Assembly: GCA_052327205.1 (NCBI GenBank) | Contig: CM126204.1 | Location: forward strand, 105,772,001-105,836,000 | DNA length: 64,000 bases | Reading direction: 5' to 3' | Source of the DNA: Somniosus microcephalus | Lineage: Eukaryota | Part shown: positions 59,579-64,000 of the stretch, one piece after another | Numbering within the stretch: the stretch's first letter is position 1 | Layout: the number at the start of each line of letters is the position of its first letter | Translations under genes and position numbers: made by a program | The notes under the pieces: model-generated | What the model was told of the DNA's origin: nothing | The model's input: only the letters and a program-made list of their open reading frames with translations | Database searches by the model: none

Positions 59579-60871
59579 AAAACGGAAAATGCTGGAAATA
59601 CTCAGCAGGTCAAGCAGCATCTGCGGAGAGAGAAACAGAGTTAACGTTTCAGGTTGATGACCCTTCGTCAGAACTGGAAAAAGCTGGAGATGTAACAGGT
59701 TTTTAAGCAAGTGTTGGGGCAGGGAAAGGGGGGAGGGGAGGAAAGAACAAAAGGGAAGGTCTGTGATAGGATGGAAGGCAGGAGAGATTAAGAGAGATTA
59801 AGAGATGGTGCAAGGCAAAAGGAGATGGTAATGGGACAAGTTAAGAAACAAAAGATGGCTCTAGATGAAGTGTAAATAGCGCTGGCAGAATGAAAGACAG
59901 CTGCCATGTGGGAGAGAGAACAAAAATGTAAAGTAAAATAAATGGGAAAAAAAAAAGGATAGGGGCAGAGGTTATGGTCTGAAATTGTTGAACTCTATGT
60001 TGAGTCCAGAAGGCGGTAAAGTACCTAATCGAAAGATGAGCTGCTGTTCCCCGAGCTTACATTGAGCTTCATTGGAACAGTGTAGGAGGCCGAGGACGGT
60101 GAGGTCTGAGTGGGAGTGGGGCGGAGAATTAAAGTGACAGGCGACCGGAAGCTCGGGGTCACCCTTACGGACTGAACGGAGGTGTTCCGCAAAGCGGTCA
60201 CCCAATCTGCGTTTGGTCTCCCCAATGTAGAGAAAACCGCATCGTGAGCAGCGAATACAGTATACTAAATTGCAAGAAGTACAAGTAAATCGCTGTTTCA
60301 CCTGGAAGGAGTGTTTGGGGCTCTGGACAGTGGGAAAGTAAAAGGGCATGTGTGGCATCTCCTGCGCTTGCACGGGAAGGTGCCGGGCGAAGGGGAAGGG
60401 GTGTTGGGGGTGATAGAGGAGTGGACCAGGGTGTCGCGGAGGGAGCAGTCTCTTCGGAATGTTGAAAGGGGAGGTAAGGGGAAGATGCGTTTGGTGGTGG
60501 GATCACGCTGGAGGTGGTGGAGGATGATCCGTTGAATGTGAAGGCTGGTGGGGTGAAAGGTGAGGACAAGGGGAACTCTATCGTGGTTCCGGGAGGGAGG
60601 GGAAGGGGTGAGAGCAGAAGTGCAGGAAATAGAACGGACACGGTTAAGGGCCGTGTCAACCACAGTAGAGGGGAATCCTCGGTTGAGGAAAAAGGAAGAC
60701 ATGTTGGAAGCACTAGTATGGAAGGTGGCATCGTCAGAGCAGATGCAGCGGAGATGGAGAAACTGGGAAAATGGAATAGAATCCTTACAGGAAGCAGGGT
60801 GGGAGGAAGTGTAGTCCAGGTAGCTGTGGGAGTCAGTGGGCTTGTAGTGAATGTTTGTCAATAGCCTATCC
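59579..60871 (-). mobile_element. Penelope-like element (RT C-terminus, GIY-YIG, 3' tail with hammerhead)
   Basis: YKPTDSHSYL...SIPFSQF (RT thumb); NLVYCIRCSRCGFLYIGETKRRLGDRFAEH; 12-bp TSD ATTTCTCCATTA (59567-59578, 60872-60883). Confidence 0.92.
59639..59675 (-). ncRNA. Minimal type I hammerhead ribozyme of the Penelope element
   Basis: Minus strand AGTT-CTGACGA-AGG...CCT-GAAAC-GTT-AACT: catalytic core, stem I AGUU/AACU, stem II AGG/CCU, palindromic stem III. Confidence 0.75.
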
Positions 60872-61070
60872 ATTTCTCCATTAGTTTGCTGGATGCCATG
60901 AATTTTGTGTTAGAACTTTGGATCTTGTGACTCAGAGCAACACTGCAAACTGCTTTTGCTATACGGGCATGGCCAGAAAGAGGAAGAGAATATGGTGCAG
61001 GTCGAAGAAATTGAAGCTGACTCCAAGCTGCAAAGCATTTGAGTGCAACTTTAGCAAGCTGGACCGATCC

Positions 61071-64000
61071 TGTTGATGTTTCCCAGTCTTGCTAGAACGT
61101 GGTTGATGTTGGGTCAGTACCTTTCTACCTAGACACAATTAGAACTCAGAACACAGAGATTCAGACATGAAGTGCTTTATTCGAAAGGAAAGGGAAGTTC
61201 TGGAGAGTTCCAAACAAAGAGAGCTAAACTTAACCAAGAGAACACCCAACCATGTATCTGCTGTGACAGCGCCACCACAGTTGGGAGGAGAACACACAAT
61301 ACATAACATATTCCTCCCCTCTTAAATGAAAGGTCCGCATTATTCCTCAACAGGTAAGTTACTTTCAATGCACTCAACTAACCAAGGGTAGAGGTAGACT
61401 GCCTCAAACCCTGACTTTACCCTGGGGTTTATTCTGCCCCAGTCTTGTGGGTAAGTCACGAAGCCTACAGATCCAAACGTCTTGGAGGCCGCCGCTCTCC
61501 GACAGGATACCGGCGGTCATCGCTGGCTTCCACAGCAGTAGGCATTGACACAGGCCTAGATAGAGAAGGTGCCTGTGTCAGTCGAAAGTCAGGAGTTTGC
61601 ACAGGTGTTGGAGAAGAGCACTGTGGCAAAGGATGCTGGTTTGCGGTATCATCCGGAAACAGTTCAGGCCAACCAGCCGTTGGAGCCTCTGTGGCTGTCT
61701 CTGCTCCTAGCAACAGTTGATCTGTGTGTCTTCTCCAGACGACGTCCTCAGCAGTCTCAACCATGTAAGACACAGGGCCCGTCTGCGCGATCACCGTAGC
61801 AGGAACCCATTTAGATCCAGTGTTGTAGTTTCGAGCTAGGACGTGCTCTCCAGGGTGAAACCGTCTCTCCTTGGCTCTTTTCTCTCTCTTTTCAACTTGA
61901 GCTTGTTGTTGACAATGGACAACCTGTTCGGCCCTTGGAGGTTTGAGGAAGTCAAAACTTGTCCACAACTGCCTCTTCATCATGAGCGAAGCGGGGGAAG
62001 TTTTGGTTGTGGCATGCGGCTCGTTCCTGTAGGACAACAGGAAACTGTTCAGACATTGGTGGATTGAGCCCTGACCTTGCGATGCCTTCAAGGTGTGCTT
62101 CAAAGTTTGCACGAACCTTTCTGCCAGGCCGTTAGTAGAGGGATGATAGGGCGCAGACCTGATGTGTTGGACACCATTCACATGCAGGAAGGTTGCAAAC
62201 TCCTGTGATACAAATTGTGGACTGTTGTCACTTACGAGTTGTTCCGGTGAGCCATAACGGCTGAACATTTCACCAAGTTTCTCAATTGTTTTCTCTGCCG
62301 TGGTAGACCTCATCACAGCGACCGCCGGCCACTTGTTACGAGCATCCACAACCACCATAAACATCTTCTCTTCGAAAGGACCGGCGAAGTCCACATGTAC
62401 TCGCTGCCACACTTCTGCAGGTCAATCCCAGGGGTGTAGGGTTGCCAGCTGTGGAACATTCCGGACCCTTTGACATGGGGGAACATGTTTTGGCTTTCTC
62501 CTCAATATTTCCATCGAGACCTGGCCACCAGAAGTAGCTTCTTGCCATTTCCTTCAGCCGAACCATCCCACTGTGGCCTGTATGAAGTTGTTGCAGTATA
62601 GGTTCCCTCAGAGGTGGCGGAATGATGACACGGCATCCCCAAAGAAGACAAGCTGCCTGGACGGAGAGCTCATTCCTTTTTGAAACATAAGGTTTCAAAC
62701 TAGGAGAATCTCCTATAGCTCTCCCTCGAATGACATCGTCCATTACCTCAGACAGGACTGGATCGTTGCGGGTGTACCTTCGCACCTGAACTGCAGTGAC
62801 AGGTGCTCCCTCCACTTGTCTAAAGTAGAAGATGTCTATCTGACGAGGCTCTGGGGGAGTAACAGGCAAGGGTAGCCTCGAGAGACCGTCTGCGTTGCCG
62901 TGCAAGTCTGATTTGCGATATTTGATGTTGTATGTGTGTCCTGACAACAGTAAAGCCAACCTTTGCATCCTGCTTGCAGCGAGAGACGGAATTCCGGTGT
63001 GGGGCCCGAAGATTGAAGTCAATGGACGGTGGTTCGTCAGGAGTGTGAACCTTCTCCCAAACAGGTACTGATGAAATTTCGAATTCCAAAAACGATTCCC
63101 AAGGCCTCGCGCTCAATCTGTGCATAGTTACTCTCGGCCTTGTTCAAGGTGCGTGATGCGAAGGCGATAGGTTTCTCTTCACCAGAAGGCATGATGTGGG
63201 ATATGACTGCTCCCACACCATATGGTGACGCATCACATGCTAGCTGCACGGGTAGCTTTGGGTCGAAGTGTGTCAGGACCTCCGATTTCAGCAATGCTTT
63301 CTTTGCTTGGGCGAAAGTTTCGTTGCACAGTTCAGTCCATTTCCATGTTTTGCCTTGACATAGCAACTGATGTAACGGCTTCAGCAATGTTGCTAAGTCT
63401 GGAATAAACTTCCCATAGTAGTTAAGTAGCCCCAGAAATGAACGTAACTGGCTCACATTCTGGGGTGCTGGGGCCTCCACGATCGCCTTGACCTTTGATG
63501 GCGCCTTATGCAGGCCAGTAGCGTCAATCACATGCCCCAGGTACTCAACTGAAGACTGAAAGAATTCACATTTGTCTTTACGAATTCTGAGTCCGTACTC
63601 TTTCAGTCGTTGTAGTGTCGCATCCAAGTTCAGAAGATGATCCTCCTCATTTGTCCCAGTGACAAGGATGTCGTCCAGGTAGCACTGGACTCCTGGCAGT
63701 CCACTCAAAATCTGATCCATTGCCCTTTGGAATAGAGCAAGGGCCGACGTAATTCCAAACGGAAGGCGGCAGTACCAGTATAGCCCTTTGCGTGTCACAA
63801 TTGTCAGCAGCTCCTTTGATTTGTCATCGACATGCATTTGTAGATAAGCCTGGCATAAGTCTATTTTGCTGAACTTTTGCCCTCCGGCCAGGCCCGTAAA
63901 AAGATCAATGAGAGGAAGAGGGTACTGTTCCGCAGACAGCACCAGGTTAATAGTCACTTTAAAATTCCCGCAGATTCGAACAGATCCATCCTTTTTCAGG
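61071..64000 (-). mobile_element. Gypsy (Mag-like) LTR retrotransposon, provirus 4: 3' LTR and frameshifted pol, continues beyond the window
   Basis: 3' LTR 61308-61071 (TGTTATG...CAACA); PPT AAGAGGGGAGGAATA; RT (YLDD), RNase H and integrase in ORFs 63957-61465. Confidence 0.93.
61465..64000 (-). pseudogene. pol of provirus 4 broken by frameshifts
   Basis: Three ORFs (63037-63957, 62336-63022, 61465-62412) tile RT-RH-IN. Confidence 0.9.

Larger units (their letters stand above)
59140..61070 (+). mobile_element. Tigger/pogo transposase fossil, split by Penelope and ended by a Gypsy insertion
   Basis: TNMDGSKRLPLRFIGK and IINN...HLPKNTTSMLQPM DDE_1-like motifs; resumes at 60884. Confidence 0.75.

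Overview
Repeat-dense vertebrate DNA, most likely from a cartilaginous fish (shark-type CR1 LINEs with (CATAGAAA)n tails, a tRNA/L2-tailed SINE, Penelope elements). There is a 500-N gap at 15632-16131. Two convergent host genes can be reconstructed by hand. One is a 10-coding-exon, ~526-aa uncharacterised coiled-coil gene on + (ATG 23251, stop 44771). The other is the 3' end of FAM161A on - (exons 58436-58269, 53614-53515, 52169-51996, 50384-50279). The rest is a stack of nested transposons: two near-complete Mag-like Gypsy proviruses with 5-bp TSDs (1888-6958 intact; 37701-42483), a decayed one running off the window end, a truncated Gypsy of another family (8119-9908), two solo LTRs, CR1/L2/Vingi LINEs, Penelope elements, and Harbinger- and Tigger-derived DNA elements. 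The most notable observations: (1) the 8119-9908 LTR element has no tRNA primer site; its PBS position is instead complementary to a sequence inside its own LTR that overlaps the poly(A) signal, a candidate self-priming system; (2) a minimal hammerhead ribozyme sits in the Penelope tail; (3) two proviruses have aberrant termini; (4) FAM161A shows an apparent frameshift. All calls are from manual reading; no database searches were run.
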